A stretch of DNA of 64,000 bases from Alphaproteobacteria bacterium (GTDB lineage: Bacteria > Pseudomonadota > Alphaproteobacteria > SMXQ01): contig SMXQ01000078.1 of assembly GCA_004356985.1 (NCBI GenBank), forward strand, positions 593 through 64,592, written 5' to 3'. Shown one piece after another: positions 30,937 to 41,906 of the stretch (its first letter is position 1; each line of letters opens with the position of its first letter). A program made the translations under genes and the position numbers. The notes under the pieces are model-generated. The model saw only the letters and a program-made list of their open reading frames with translations, did no database searches and was not told the DNA's origin.

Positions 30937-32142
30937 CTAGCCGGCCAAGGCCGAGACGGCGGGCAGTTCTTTCCCTTCCAGCCATTCCAGAAAGGCGCCG
31001 CCGGCGGTGCTGACATAAGAGAAATCCTCGATCACGCCGGCGCCGGCCAACGCCGCCACGGTATCGCCGCCGCCGGCCACCGACACCAAGGCGCCGGCTT
31101 TGGTGGCCTGGGCCACGCTTTTCGCCACGGCCTGCGTGCCGGCATCGAAGGGCGGGAATTCGAAGGCGCCCAGGGGGCCGTTCCACACCACCGTGCGGCA
31201 CTGGCCGAGGATTTCGATGGCCCTCGCCACCGAGGCCGGCCCGATGTCGAGAATCATCAAGCCGGCGGGGACCTCATCGATGGCCACCGTAGCCGCCTCA
31301 TGGCCGGCCTCGGGCCCCGGCGCCACCACCGCATCCACCGGCAACACCAACTCGCAGCCCCGGGCCGCGGCCTGGGTGCGGATGCGGGCCGCGGTTGGCG
31401 CCATCTCGCGCTCGCACAGCGAGGCGCCGACGTCGATTCCGCCGGCATGAAGAAAGGTGTTGGCCATGGCGCCGCCGACCACCAGCTTGTCCACCTTGGC
31501 GCTGAGATTGCCGAGCAGTTCCAGCTTGGTCGAAACCTTAGCCCCGCCGACCAGGGCGCAAAGCGGACGCTTAGGTGATTCCAGGGCGGCGCCAAGGGCC
31601 TCGAGTTCGGCCTGCATGAGCCGCCCGGCGACCGCCGGCAGGTGCCGGGTGATGGCAACCAATGACGCATGGGCGCGGTGGGCCACGGAAAAAGCGTCAT
31701 CCACGTAAATCTCGCCGAGTTCGGCCAAGGCGCCGGCGAAGCGGGGATCGTTGTCCTCTTCGCCGCCATGGAAGCGCAGGTTCTCCAGCAGCGCCACGCC
31801 GCCGGCTTCGAGCCCGCCCACCACCGAGGCGGCCACCGGGCCGATGCAGTCGGCGGCGAAAGCCACCGGGCGGCCCAGTGCCTCGGCCAGGGGCGCGGCC
31901 AGGGGCGCCAGGGACAGATCCACCACCCGCACGCCCTGGGGCCGGCCGAAATGGCTCATCACGATGACCCGCGCGCCCTTGTCCGCCAACTCGGCGATGG
32001 TCGGCGCGGCCCGTTGGATTCGCGTCATGTCGCCGACCCGGCCGTCCCTGACCGGCACGTTGAGGTCGACGCGGACCAGCACCCGCTTGCCCGCGACCTC
32101 GACATCGTCGAGGGTGTCGAAAATGATGCCGCCGTGATCCAT
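30937..32142 (-). CDS. pgk: Phosphoglycerate kinase.
   Basis: 401 aa; MDHGGIIFDTLDDVEVAGKRVLVRVDLNVP... PGK family. Confidence 0.95.
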   Translation of the reverse strand: MDHGGIIFDTLDDVEVAGKRVLVRVDLNVPVRDGRVGDMTRIQRAAPTIAELADKGARVIVMSHFGRPQGVRVVDLSLAPLAAPLAEALGRPVAFAADCIGPVAASVVGGLEAGGVALLENLRFHGGEEDNDPRFAGALAELGEIYVDDAFSVAHRAHASLVAITRHLPAVAGRLMQAELEALGAALESPKRPLCALVGGAKVSTKLELLGNLSAKVDKLVVGGAMANTFLHAGGIDVGASLCEREMAPTAARIRTQAAARGCELVLPVDAVVAPGPEAGHEAATVAIDEVPAGLMILDIGPASVARAIEILGQCRTVVWNGPLGAFEFPPFDAGTQAVAKSVAQATKAGALVSVAGGGDTVAALAGAGVIEDFSYVSTAGGAFLEWLEGKELPAVSALAG

Positions 32143-32208
32143 GGCCCGACCAGACTTCGCTAGGGCGCATCCCGGTCAATTTAGCCCATTTGACCGGGAT
32201 GCGCCCGG

Positions 32209-33216
32209 TTAGCCGAGCTTCCCCACCATGGCCGCGACGTCGGCCATGCGGTTGGAAAAGCCCCATTCGTTGTCGTACCAGCTGAGCACCCGGACCAAGC
32301 GGCCCTCGATCACCTGGGTTTCCGCCAGGTCGAAGATGGAACTCGCGGGATTGTGGTTGAAATCACTGGAAACCAGGGGCTCGTCGGTGGTGGCGAGGAT
32401 CCCCTTCAGCGGCCCCCGGGCGGCCTTGACCATGGCCGCATTGATGCCTTCGACGGTGGCCCGCTTGTTGGGCACGAAGGTGAGATCCACTAAGGACACG
32501 TTGATGGTGGGCACCCGCACGGCGGTGCCGTCGAGCTTGCCCGCGAGGTCCGGCAGCACCAATCCCACCGCCTTGGCGGCGCCGGTCGAGGTGGGGATCA
32601 TGTTGTGGGCCGCCGCCCGGGCGCGCCGGAGATCGCCGTGCAGGGTATCGTGGATGCGCTGATCGCCGGTATAGGCGTGGATGGTGGTCATGAAGCCGCG
32701 CTGGATGCCGAAGGCACGGTGCAGCACATAGGCCACCGGCGCCAGGCAATTGGTGGTGCACGACGCGTTGGAAATGATCCGGTGGCTTTTCCTGAGCCTT
32801 TTGTGATTGACGCCCATGACCACGGTGATGTCTTCGCCGCTGGCGGGGGCCGAGATCAGCACCCGCTTGGCGCCCGCCTCCAGGTGCTTGCCCGCCGCCT
32901 CGCGCTTGGTGAAGAGGCCGGTGCATTCCAGCGCCACATCGACCTCGAACTTCCCCCAGGGCAGGTGCGCCGGGTCGCGGACGGCCAAGACCGGGACCGT
33001 GCCGCGGCCGAAATTTATGCCCGTCTTGGTGGCCCGGACCCTGCCGGGGAACCGGCCGTGCACCGAATCGTATTTGAGCAGGTGGGCATTGGTCTCGATG
33101 GAACCGAGGTCGTTGATGGCGACCACCTCGATGTCGCGCCGGCTCCGTTCATGAATGGCCCGGAGAACGAGACGCCCGATGCGCCCGAACCCGTTGATGG
33201 CGACCCGTGTCGGCAT
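32209..33216 (-). CDS. gap: Glyceraldehyde-3-phosphate dehydrogenase.
   Basis: 335 aa. NAD-binding motif INGFGRIGR. Active-site [12 protein letters not shown]. Confidence 0.95.
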   Translation of the reverse strand: MPTRVAINGFGRIGRLVLRAIHERSRRDIEVVAINDLGSIETNAHLLKYDSVHGRFPGRVRATKTGINFGRGTVPVLAVRDPAHLPWGKFEVDVALECTGLFTKREAAGKHLEAGAKRVLISAPASGEDITVVMGVNHKRLRKSHRIISNASCTTNCLAPVAYVLHRAFGIQRGFMTTIHAYTGDQRIHDTLHGDLRRARAAAHNMIPTSTGAAKAVGLVLPDLAGKLDGTAVRVPTINVSLVDLTFVPNKRATVEGINAAMVKAARGPLKGILATTDEPLVSSDFNHNPASSIFDLAETQVIEGRLVRVLSWYDNEWGFSNRMADVAAMVGKLG

Positions 33217-33238
33217 GATCCTCTCCCCTCTGATAAAT

Positions 33239-35302
33239 CTATCGGCCGCCGCGGCCTTTCGCCTCGAGGCAAGCCTTGGCCTTGGCGACCACCGCTTCGG
33301 CGGTGATGCCGAAATCCTCGAAAAGGTCCTTGGCCGGCGCCGATTTCCCGAAGCCGGTCATCCCCACTACGCCGCCGGCGGTGCCGACATAGCGTTCCCA
33401 GCCGAAGGCGGCGCCGGCTTCCACGGCGACGCGCACCGCGTCTGCGCCCAACACCGCTTCCCGGTCCGCCGCCGGCCGTTGGTCGAACAACTCCCAGCAC
33501 GGCATGGAGACCACCGCCGTCTCGATGCCCTGGGCGAGCAACTGGTCGCGGGCGGCGAGCGCGAGCGCCACTTCGGAACCGGTGGCGAGAAGGCTCACCG
33601 CGGCGGTGCCCGAAGGGGCGGCGGCCAGGACATAGCCGCCGCCGGCCGAAAGATTGGCGGCGGCGGCCTCGGTCCTGACCGGGCGCACGATCTGGCGGGT
33701 CAGCGCGATCAGCGAGGGCCGGTTCTTCTGCCCCAGGGCCAGGGCCCAGCACTCGGCGGTTTCCACCGCGTCGGCCGGGCGAAACACCGCCAGGTTGGGC
33801 ATGGCGCGCAGGCTCATCAAATGCTCCACCGGCTGGTGGGTGGGCCCGTCTTCGCCGAGACCGATGGAATCATGGGTCATGACGTAGATCACCCGGAGCC
33901 CCATCAGGGCGGCCAAGCGGATCGAAGGCCGGCAGTAATCGGTGAAAACCAGGAAGGTGCCGCTGTAGGGGATGATGCCGCCATGCAGCGCCATGCCGTT
34001 CATGGCCGCGGCCATGGCGTGTTCGCGCACGCCGTAATGGATGAAGCGCCCGGCGAAGTCGTTGCCGTCCAGCACGCCTTGGACCTTGGTCTTGGTGTTG
34101 TTGGAGCCCGTCAGGTCGGCCGACCCGCCGATCATTTCGGGCACCGCGGCGGTGATCACCTCGAGCACCTCCTGGGAGGCCTTGCGGGTGGCCCAGACCG
34201 GCGCCCGGTCGACCAAGGTCGCGATATGGCCGGAGACGGCGTCGTCGAAGCCGGCGGGCAGGTCGCCGGAAATGGCGCTCTCGAACTCCGCCCGCTGGCC
34301 CGCCGCCGCCAGGCGGCGGCGCCAGGCCGCGCGGGCCGAGGCGCCGCGCGCGCCGGCCGCGCGCCAGGCGTCCGCCACGTCATCGGGGATCTCGAAAGGC
34401 GGGCTGGTCCAGCCCAACGCCTCGCGGGTGGCTTGGACCTCTTCGGCGCCCAAGGGCGCGCCGTGGGTCGCGGCGGTGCCGCCCTTGGTGGGCGCGCCGA
34501 AGCCGATGGTGGTGGCAAGGGCGATGAACGACGGCCGGCCGCTTTGCCTGGCCGCACCGATCGCCGCGGCGATGGCGTCGGGGTCGTGGCCATCGGCGCT
34601 GGCGGTGTCCCAGCCATAGGCCTCGAAGCGCTTGGCGGTGTCTTCGGAGACGGTCATGGAGGTCGGGCCATCGATGCAGACCTTATTGTCGTCGAACAGC
34701 ACGATCAGGCGCGATAACCCCAGATGGCCGGCAAGGGAGGCGGCTTCGTGGCTGATGCCTTCCATGAGACAGCCGTCGCCGACCATGGCGTAGGTGTAAT
34801 GATCCACCAGTTCACCGCCGAAGCGCGCCGCGAGGTGACGCTCGGCGATGGCCATGCCGACGGCATTGGCGAACCCCTGGCCGAGCGGCCCGGTGGTGGT
34901 TTCGATGCCGGCGGCGGCGCCGAATTCGGGGTGGCCCGCGGTGCGGCTGTCCAGTTGGCGGAAATTCCGCATCTCGTCGATGGTGATGTCGGCGTATCCG
35001 GTGAGGTAGAGAACCGAATAGAGCAACATCGAGCCGTGGCCCGCCGACAACACGAAGCGGTCGCGGTCGGGCCAGGTGGGGTCCAAGGGATCGAACTTGA
35101 GGAACCGGGTGAACAGCACCGTCGCCATGTCGGCGGCGCCCATGGGCATGCCGGGATGCCCGGAGGCGGCGCGTTCCACCGCGTCCATGGCGAGGAAACG
35201 GATGGCGTTGGCCATCCGGTCGTGAAGCGCTGGATCGATGGGTGAAAGGCTCGCCTCCGGCGCCTCTGCCTCCGCCACGTTGTTAGCCCTCCCGGTGAAC
35301 AA
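33239..35302 (-). CDS. tkt: Transketolase.
   Basis: TPP-binding motifs ...[11 protein letters not shown]... and ...[13 protein letters not shown].... The biological start is probably the internal [14 protein letters not shown] at about 35212. Confidence 0.93.
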   Translation of the reverse strand: MFTGRANNVAEAEAPEASLSPIDPALHDRMANAIRFLAMDAVERAASGHPGMPMGAADMATVLFTRFLKFDPLDPTWPDRDRFVLSAGHGSMLLYSVLYLTGYADITIDEMRNFRQLDSRTAGHPEFGAAAGIETTTGPLGQGFANAVGMAIAERHLAARFGGELVDHYTYAMVGDGCLMEGISHEAASLAGHLGLSRLIVLFDDNKVCIDGPTSMTVSEDTAKRFEAYGWDTASADGHDPDAIAAAIGAARQSGRPSFIALATTIGFGAPTKGGTAATHGAPLGAEEVQATREALGWTSPPFEIPDDVADAWRAAGARGASARAAWRRRLAAAGQRAEFESAISGDLPAGFDDAVSGHIATLVDRAPVWATRKASQEVLEVITAAVPEMIGGSADLTGSNNTKTKVQGVLDGNDFAGRFIHYGVREHAMAAAMNGMALHGGIIPYSGTFLVFTDYCRPSIRLAALMGLRVIYVMTHDSIGLGEDGPTHQPVEHLMSLRAMPNLAVFRPADAVETAECWALALGQKNRPSLIALTRQIVRPVRTEAAAANLSAGGGYVLAAAPSGTAAVSLLATGSEVALALAARDQLLAQGIETAVVSMPCWELFDQRPAADREAVLGADAVRVAVEAGAAFGWERYVGTAGGVVGMTGFGKSAPAKDLFEDFGITAEAVVAKAKACLEAKGRGGR

Positions 35303-35530
35303 ATCGCGCGAAACGCGCGGCTCGGATTGTCAGACGGCACCCTGGTTGATAAGCAATCGCGCCGCCGGTGGCAACAGGTGAATCGCCTGTTTCCACCGCC
35401 ACGGCAAATTCCCGCCCAATCGAACCATTTGACGGTAAATCGCCGTTAGGCGGATTCTCGCCAAGTTCCCAGCGATGGGCTAAGGTGCCGCCCCGCCCCG
35501 CCCCCGTTTTCCGGCACCCCGAATCCGTCC

Positions 35531-36610
35531 ATGACCGATCTTTCCAGCCTCCGCCACCGGCTCCCCGGCATTCTCCGGGCCCTGGCCATCGGCATTCCCG
35601 CGGGCGCGCTGTTCGACTGGCTCGACACCCCCATTCCGTGGATGATCGGGCCGATGATCGCCGTGGCGGCGGTCAACCTCATGGGCAACACCGTGTTCGC
35701 CCCGCCCTACGCGCGCCAGACCGGGCAGGTGATCCTGGGGTCCGCGGTGGCGCTTTATTTCACGCCGCCGGTGGTGGCCGTCCTGGGCGCCAATCTGGGC
35801 GCCATCGCCGCCGCCACCGCATCGGCCTTCATGATCGGCGGGCTCGGCGCGCTGGTCCTCAGCCGGGTATCGGGGGTCGACGGCAAATCGGCGTTTTTCG
35901 CCTCGATCCCGGGCGGGGCCATGGCCATGGCGGTGCTGGCCGACCGCTACGGGGCCGCCATCCCGCCGGTGGCGGTCGCCCATAGCCTGCGCGTCTCCAT
36001 CGTCGTCATCGTCGTGCCCTTCGCCCTCACCTATGGCGGCATTCCGTTGGAGGCCGCCGCCTACCGCCCGCAACTGCCGCTGGAGGTGCTGATCCTGGTG
36101 CCCTGGATCGCTTTCGGCTTCCTGCTGGGCGAGATTTCCGAGCGCCTGGGGCTGGCCAACGGCTATCTTCTGACGCCCATTTTCTTCGGCGCGGCGCTCA
36201 CCCTGGGCGGCGTCGCGCTGTCCGCCGTGCCCTCTTGGATGACCGATTTCGCGCAGCTCATGTTCGGCCTGGTGCTGGGCGCGCGCTACGAGAGGGCCTT
36301 CTTCCTCCGCTACAAACTGTTCATCCCCTTCGCCCTGCTCAACTCGTTCTTCATCCTGATCGTCTCGGCGCTGGTGGCGCTGGTCTTGGCCTGGGCCTTC
36401 GGCCTGCCCATCGCCACCATGCTCATCGCCACCGCGCCGGGCGGCCTCGCCGAGATGACCATCTTAGCCCAGGCGCTTCAGGTGGGCGTGCCCGTGGTGG
36501 TGGCCTTCCACATATTCCGCGTGCTGGTGGTCAATATGGCGACGCCGTATATTTACACCCTCGGCCTATGGCTGCGCGCGCGGTTGCTCCGCGCCCAGCC
36601 CGGCCGCTAA
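35531..36610 (+). CDS. AbrB-family / putative ammonia monooxygenase-like membrane protein (duplicated AbrB domain).
   Basis: 359 aa, about 10 TM segments, internal duplication; pattern of AbrB_dup family proteins. Confidence 0.65.
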   Translation: MTDLSSLRHRLPGILRALAIGIPAGALFDWLDTPIPWMIGPMIAVAAVNLMGNTVFAPPYARQTGQVILGSAVALYFTPPVVAVLGANLGAIAAATASAFMIGGLGALVLSRVSGVDGKSAFFASIPGGAMAMAVLADRYGAAIPPVAVAHSLRVSIVVIVVPFALTYGGIPLEAAAYRPQLPLEVLILVPWIAFGFLLGEISERLGLANGYLLTPIFFGAALTLGGVALSAVPSWMTDFAQLMFGLVLGARYERAFFLRYKLFIPFALLNSFFILIVSALVALVLAWAFGLPIATMLIATAPGGLAEMTILAQALQVGVPVVVAFHIFRVLVVNMATPYIYTLGLWLRARLLRAQPGR

Positions 36611-36677
36611 CCGGCCCGCCGCCAGACCCTTTGGGTCTCCCGGCCAAGGCCCGGTCCAGGACGACGAGAGGAAGGCC

Positions 36678-37976
36678 ATGGCGAGCAGGATCAAGGACGG
36701 CCCCGAGGACGCGCCAAGGCGCCCGGCCGGCGACCAACCCACACCCCAACCGAAAGCTTTGCTCGACGGCCTGCGCGTGGTCGAGGGATCGGCCTTCGTG
36801 GCGGCGCCCCTGGGCGGCATGACCCTGGCCCAGTTGGGCGCCGACGTCATCCGTTTCGACCCCATCGGCGGCGGGCTCGATCACCGGCGCTGGCCGCTGA
36901 CCAAGGATGGCGCCAGCCTATTCTGGGCCGGGCTGAACAAGGGCAAACGGTCCATCGCCATCGACCTGGCGCGCCCCGAGGGCGCGGATCTGGCGACCCG
37001 CCTGATCACCGCGGAGGGCGAGGACCGGGGCATATTCCTGACCAATTTTCCGGCCCGCGGCTGGCTCGGCTACGACCGGCTGCGCGGCTTTCGCGAAGAC
37101 CTGGTGATGGTCAACGTCACCGGCGACCACCTGGGGCGTTCCGAGGTCGACTACACCATCAACGCGGCCATGGGATTCCCCATGGTGACCGGGCCCAAGG
37201 ACGCGGCCGGGCCGGTCAATCACGTGCTGCCGGCGTGGGACGCCATCACCGGCCTGTGGGCGGCCTGCGGCATCCTGGCGGCGGAACGCCAGCGCCGGGC
37301 GACCGGCCAAGGCCAGCTGGTGACCCTGGCCTTGGCCGACGTGGCGCTGGCGGTGACCGGCGCTCTCGGCATGATCGGCGAAGTGATGGTCAACGACCAG
37401 GACCGGGCGCGGCACGGCAACGATTTGTTCGGCGGCTTCGGCCGCGACTTCGCCACCGCCGACGGCCGGCGCATCATGGTGGTGGGCCTGACCGCGCGCC
37501 AATGGCAGGGGCTGGTGGCGGCGACCGGGTTGGCGGAGGAAATGGCGGCGCTGGGCGAGAAGCTCTCGCTCGACCTATCGGACCAGGGCAACCGCTTCAT
37601 CGCCCGCGATGAGATCGCCGCCCGGCTGGCGCCGTGGATCGGCGCCCGTTCCCTCGGCCAATGCGCCGAGGCCTTCGACGCCAACAATGTGTGCTGGGGG
37701 CCTTACCAGACCTTCCGCGAACTGGTCGAGAACGATCCCCGGTGTTCCACCGCCAATCCGCTGTTCGCCATGGTCGATCAGCCGGGAATCGGGCCTTTGT
37801 TGATGGCCGGGTCGCCGCTGGTGGGGGATGGCCTGGGGCGCCCGGCGCCGCGGCCGGCGCCGGCCCTTGGTGCCGATACCGACGCCGTGCTGGCCGAAGT
37901 GCTCGGTCTTTCCGCGGGCGAGATCGCCAAGCTCCATGATTCGGGTGTCGTCGCCGGCCCCGAAAAACGCCCCTGA
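36678..37976 (+). CDS. Family III CoA-transferase (CaiB/BaiF).
   Basis: 432 aa; ...LDGLRVVEGSAFVAAPLGGMTLAQLGADVIRFDP... and the conserved Asp region are typical of family III CoA transferases. Confidence 0.8.
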   Translation: MASRIKDGPEDAPRRPAGDQPTPQPKALLDGLRVVEGSAFVAAPLGGMTLAQLGADVIRFDPIGGGLDHRRWPLTKDGASLFWAGLNKGKRSIAIDLARPEGADLATRLITAEGEDRGIFLTNFPARGWLGYDRLRGFREDLVMVNVTGDHLGRSEVDYTINAAMGFPMVTGPKDAAGPVNHVLPAWDAITGLWAACGILAAERQRRATGQGQLVTLALADVALAVTGALGMIGEVMVNDQDRARHGNDLFGGFGRDFATADGRRIMVVGLTARQWQGLVAATGLAEEMAALGEKLSLDLSDQGNRFIARDEIAARLAPWIGARSLGQCAEAFDANNVCWGPYQTFRELVENDPRCSTANPLFAMVDQPGIGPLLMAGSPLVGDGLGRPAPRPAPALGADTDAVLAEVLGLSAGEIAKLHDSGVVAGPEKRP

Positions 37977-38032
37977 GAACCCCTTGCGGTCCCGGTGCCG
38001 GGTTTGATGGTTTGGCGATAGGGCGGGGAAAA

Positions 38033-38052
38033 TACGTATTCCCCTTGAAAAT
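38033..38052. promoter_or_regulatory. Near-palindrome GGGGAAAATACGTATTCCCC (core AATACGTATT is a perfect palindrome) upstream of the ABC-2 operon; candidate operator.
   Basis: Read directly in the AT-rich intergenic stretch 37980-38160. GAAAATACG recurs 10 nt downstream. Confidence 0.3.
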
Positions 38053-38160
38053 ACGCCGATAAACGTTATTAGGGCGACCGGGTAGCCTTAAAATAACCAC
38101 AATGAGCCATCAAATAACCGCTCGGTAATTTTAGTCATCGGCACTGGGGGCCGGCCGTTC

Positions 38161-39123
38161 ATGGCAGCAATGATAGAAGTCGAGGGGCTATGCAAACGGT
38201 TTGGCTCGATCCAAGCCGTCGTCGACGTTTCGTTCAAGGTCGAGCGCGGCGAGGTGCTGGGGTTCCTCGGTCCCAACGGCGCCGGCAAGTCGACCGCCAT
38301 GAGGATGATCACCGGTTTCCTCGAGCCCGATTCCGGCACCGTGCGGCTGGAAGGCGTCGATATCCAGGATCAACCGATCGCCTCGCGGCAGAATCTCGGC
38401 TACATGCCGGAAGGGGCGCCCAGCTATCACGAAATGACGCCGCTGGGATTCCTCGGCTTCATCGCCGGCATTCGCGGGTTTTCCGGATCCGAGGCGGAAG
38501 ACCGCATCGCCACCGCAACCCAGCAGACCCAACTGGGCAGCGTGCTCTATCAGCCCATCGACACCCTGTCACGCGGGTTCAAGCGCCGGGTGGCCCTTGC
38601 CCAGGCGCTTTTGCACGATCCCGAAATCCTGGTTCTCGACGAACCGACCGACGGACTCGACCCCAACCAGAAACACGAAGTGCGGACCCTGATCCAGGAA
38701 ATGGCGCCGCGGAAGGCGATCATCATTTCCACCCACATCCTGGAAGAGGTGGACGCCGTGTGCTCCCGCGCCATCATCATCGCCCACGGGCGCATCGTCG
38801 CCGACGGCACGCCCGACGAGCTGGAATCCCGCTCCGATAGGCACATGGGCGTCTCCATCACGGCGACCCGGGAAACCTGCCAGCAACTGATGGCCGGCAT
38901 CAACGCTCTCGATGGGGTCGCCGAAGCCGAACTGGATTCCCGCGGCCTGTTCGTGAAGCCGGTGCGCGGCAGCGACATTCTCGACCCCGTGCGCGTCGTG
39001 GTCGGCCAGAGCGGGCTTTCGGTGGCCGACATCCGCGTTGAGCGGGGACGCCTGGAGGATGTGTTCCGCGCGGTGACCATTCCCAGCGGCACGGGGCCCA
39101 GCGGCACGGGGGACCGCCCATGA
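38161..39123 (+). CDS. ABC-2 type transporter ATP-binding protein (GldA-like).
   Basis: Walker A GPNGAGKST, signature LSRGFKRR, Walker B LVLDEPTDGLD. Confidence 0.9.
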   Translation: MAAMIEVEGLCKRFGSIQAVVDVSFKVERGEVLGFLGPNGAGKSTAMRMITGFLEPDSGTVRLEGVDIQDQPIASRQNLGYMPEGAPSYHEMTPLGFLGFIAGIRGFSGSEAEDRIATATQQTQLGSVLYQPIDTLSRGFKRRVALAQALLHDPEILVLDEPTDGLDPNQKHEVRTLIQEMAPRKAIIISTHILEEVDAVCSRAIIIAHGRIVADGTPDELESRSDRHMGVSITATRETCQQLMAGINALDGVAEAELDSRGLFVKPVRGSDILDPVRVVVGQSGLSVADIRVERGRLEDVFRAVTIPSGTGPSGTGDRP

Positions 39124-39854
39124 ACGTGATCTGGATATTGTTTCGCCGCGAGTTCGTGAGCTATTTCATCACCCCTATCGCCTATGTCTTCATCGTTTTT
39201 TTCCTGGGCCTTCTGGGCGCCATGACGTTTTTCCTGGGCGGCTTCTTCGATCGCGGCCAGGCCGACCTGGCCCCCTTCTTCGCCTTCCACACCTGGCTTT
39301 ATCTGCTCTTGATCCCGGCGATTTCCATGCGCCTTTGGTCCGAGGAACGCCAGACCGGCACCATCGAACTGCTGCTGACCCTGCCGGTGTCCGCCACCCA
39401 GGCGGTGATCGCGAAATTCCTCGCCGCCTGGGCTTTCGCCGCCATCGCGGTGGCGCTCACCTTTCCCTTCTGGATCACCGTCAACTACCTGGGCGAGCCC
39501 GACAACGGCATCATCATCGCCGGTTACGTGGGCTCCCTGGTGATGGTCGGCGCCTATCTCGCCATCGGCTCGTGCTTGTCGTCGGCCTCCAAGAACCAGG
39601 TCATCGCCTTCGTGCTGGCGGTTCTGGTGAGCCTGTTGTTCACGGTGGCGGGCACGCCCCTGGTCCTGGAGCTGGTCAGCGGCTGGGCGCCGGCCCTGGT
39701 GATCGACGTGATCGCCGGCCTGAGCTTCATCGCCAATTTCGATGCCATTTCCAAAGGCGTGCTGGATCTCGTCAACCTGATCTACTTCCTCTCGGTGATG
39801 ACGCTGTTCCTGTTCATCAACATCATCCTCGTCAACCTTTTGAAGGCGCGCTAG
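39120..39854 (+). CDS. ABC-2 type transporter permease (GldF-like).
   Basis: 244 aa, 6 TM segments; start overlaps the upstream stop (translational coupling). Confidence 0.8.
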   Translation: MNVIWILFRREFVSYFITPIAYVFIVFFLGLLGAMTFFLGGFFDRGQADLAPFFAFHTWLYLLLIPAISMRLWSEERQTGTIELLLTLPVSATQAVIAKFLAAWAFAAIAVALTFPFWITVNYLGEPDNGIIIAGYVGSLVMVGAYLAIGSCLSSASKNQVIAFVLAVLVSLLFTVAGTPLVLELVSGWAPALVIDVIAGLSFIANFDAISKGVLDLVNLIYFLSVMTLFLFINIILVNLLKAR

Positions 39855-39860
39855 GCAACC

Positions 39861-41900
39861 ATGGCCGGCATCGTTTCCCTGTTCGCCCCCATGAGCCGCC
39901 GCTCCCTGGCGCTTTGCAGCATCGTGCTCGCCGTGACCCTGTTCCTGTCGGTTAATATTCTTGCCCGGGGCATGCTGGTCGGGGCCAGGCTCGATCTCAC
40001 CGTGGACAAGCTGTTCACCCTGTCCCAAGGCACCCACAAGGTTCTGTCGCGAATCGACGAGCCGGTCACCCTGAGGCTCTATTTCTCCTCGATCCTCGGC
40101 AAGGAACTGCCGGGGCTTGCCAAATACTCCGGCCGGGTCAAGGACATGATCGGCGAATACGTCGCCAATGCCGGAGGCAAGGTCCGCCTGGTGGAGATCG
40201 ACCCGGTGGCCTATTCCGACGCCGAGGACGAAGCGGTGGCCTTCGGCCTGCGGGGGTTGCCTCTCGACCGAACCGGCGAACAGGTTTATTTCGGCCTGGT
40301 CGGCACCAATTCCACCGACGAGGAAGAGATCATCCCCTTCCTCTCGCCAAGCCGGGAACCCTATCTCGAATACGACCTCACCAAGATGGTCTTCCGCCTC
40401 GCCAATCCCAAGCGCAAGACCATCGGATTGATGTCCTGGCTGCCGGTGCGCGGCTTCCCGGGCTCGATGATGTCCAGGCTTTCGTCCATGGGCCGGCCGT
40501 GGCAGTTGGTGAGCCAGCTCGATCAGTTGTTCCAGGTGGACAACGTGCCCACCGATAGCGACGAAATCCCCAAGAAGATCGATGTTTTGTTCGTCTTGCA
40601 TCCGGCCGAGCTGGCCGAGAAGACGGCCTATGCCATCGACCAGTTCCTGCTGCGCGGCGGGCGGGCCTTGATCTTCGTCGATCCCCTGGCCGAGATCGCC
40701 CAGCGGGTGCCCGGCGCCGGCGGCAAGTTCGTGCCCACGAGCTCCGACCTCGGCCCCATCTTCAAGACCTGGGGCCTGGAATACGACAAGACCAAGGTGG
40801 TGGGCGACATGCTGGCGGCCCAGCGGGTCAATGCCGGCACCCGGGGCGGGAGGGCGGTGCCGCTGGAATATCCGGCCTGGCTGCAATTGAAGCGGACCAA
40901 CGTGGTGGGCGACGACCTGATCACCACCGAGATCGACAACATGTTGATGGCCAGCGCCGGCGCGCTCGGCTTCAAGGCGGGCAGCGGCCTCACCTTCACG
41001 CCCATCATCGCCACCTCCGAGCAATCCATGCTGCTCGAGGCCGAAGATCTCAAGGGCCGGCCCGACTTCGTCACCATCGTCAAAGATTTCAAGCCCTCGG
41101 GTAAACGCTATACCCTGGCGGCGCGCGTCTCGGGGCCCGTGGCCTCGGCCTACCCCAAGGGCCCGCCGCCGGTTGCCGCCTATATCAAGGTCAAGAAGAA
41201 AGACAAGAAAAAACCCGGCGAGGACGAAAAGGCCAAGCAGGCGGAACCGAGCGCGGCCGCCAAGAAGAAGGCCGAGACCCGGCGCGCGGCCCTGGCCAAG
41301 GTCCATCTCGCCAAGTCCAAGGGGTCGATTCATGCCGTGGTGTTCACCGATACCGACATGCTGCGCGATGAATTCTGGATCAGGGTCCAGAACCTGCTCG
41401 GTCAAACCATCACCATTCCGGTGTCCGACAACATGAACCTGGTCACCAACGCCATCGACAACATGACCGGATCCGACGAATTGATCGGCCTGCGTTCACG
41501 CGGCGTTTCGGTCCGCCCCTTCACCCTGGTGCAGGAAATGACCCGCAAGGCGGAGCTGGAACTCCGCGCCAAGGAACGCGAGCTTCAATCGCGGCAGGAT
41601 GAAACCGAACGCAAGCTTCGCCAGTTGCAATCCCCGGTCCGCGGCAAGGGCGACCGCGCCATCCTCAGCCGCAAGCAGCTCAAGGAAGTCGAAAAGTTCA
41701 AGGGTAAGCTGCTGACCATCCGCAAGGAGCTGCGCGCCGTGCAACTGGGCCTGCGCAAGGACATCGAAGAGCTCGAAGGCCGCTTGTGGTTCTTCAATAT
41801 CGGCCTGATTCCCTTCCTGGTGGCGCTGACGGCGGTGGTGTTGGGTCTCGCCCGCACCCGGCGGCGGCGCCAGCGCATGGAAACGGAAGCGCGGGGCTAG
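39861..41900 (+). CDS. GldG-family ABC-transporter auxiliary protein.
   Basis: 679 aa with N- and C-terminal TM anchors and a large periplasmic body; GldG-like. Coiled-coil, Lys-rich segment KKKDKKKPGEDEKAKQAE... near the C-terminus. Confidence 0.75.
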   Translation: MAGIVSLFAPMSRRSLALCSIVLAVTLFLSVNILARGMLVGARLDLTVDKLFTLSQGTHKVLSRIDEPVTLRLYFSSILGKELPGLAKYSGRVKDMIGEYVANAGGKVRLVEIDPVAYSDAEDEAVAFGLRGLPLDRTGEQVYFGLVGTNSTDEEEIIPFLSPSREPYLEYDLTKMVFRLANPKRKTIGLMSWLPVRGFPGSMMSRLSSMGRPWQLVSQLDQLFQVDNVPTDSDEIPKKIDVLFVLHPAELAEKTAYAIDQFLLRGGRALIFVDPLAEIAQRVPGAGGKFVPTSSDLGPIFKTWGLEYDKTKVVGDMLAAQRVNAGTRGGRAVPLEYPAWLQLKRTNVVGDDLITTEIDNMLMASAGALGFKAGSGLTFTPIIATSEQSMLLEAEDLKGRPDFVTIVKDFKPSGKRYTLAARVSGPVASAYPKGPPPVAAYIKVKKKDKKKPGEDEKAKQAEPSAAAKKKAETRRAALAKVHLAKSKGSIHAVVFTDTDMLRDEFWIRVQNLLGQTITIPVSDNMNLVTNAIDNMTGSDELIGLRSRGVSVRPFTLVQEMTRKAELELRAKERELQSRQDETERKLRQLQSPVRGKGDRAILSRKQLKEVEKFKGKLLTIRKELRAVQLGLRKDIEELEGRLWFFNIGLIPFLVALTAVVLGLARTRRRRQRMETEARG

Positions 41901-41906
41901 ACCGCC

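Noticed and set aside
38550-41405. Largest ORF in the track (951 aa, minus strand).
   Set aside because: It is antisense to the GldA/F/G-like genes. The composition is G/H/D/R/Q-rich low-complexity typical of the reverse strand of high-GC coding DNA, and no domain pattern is visible.
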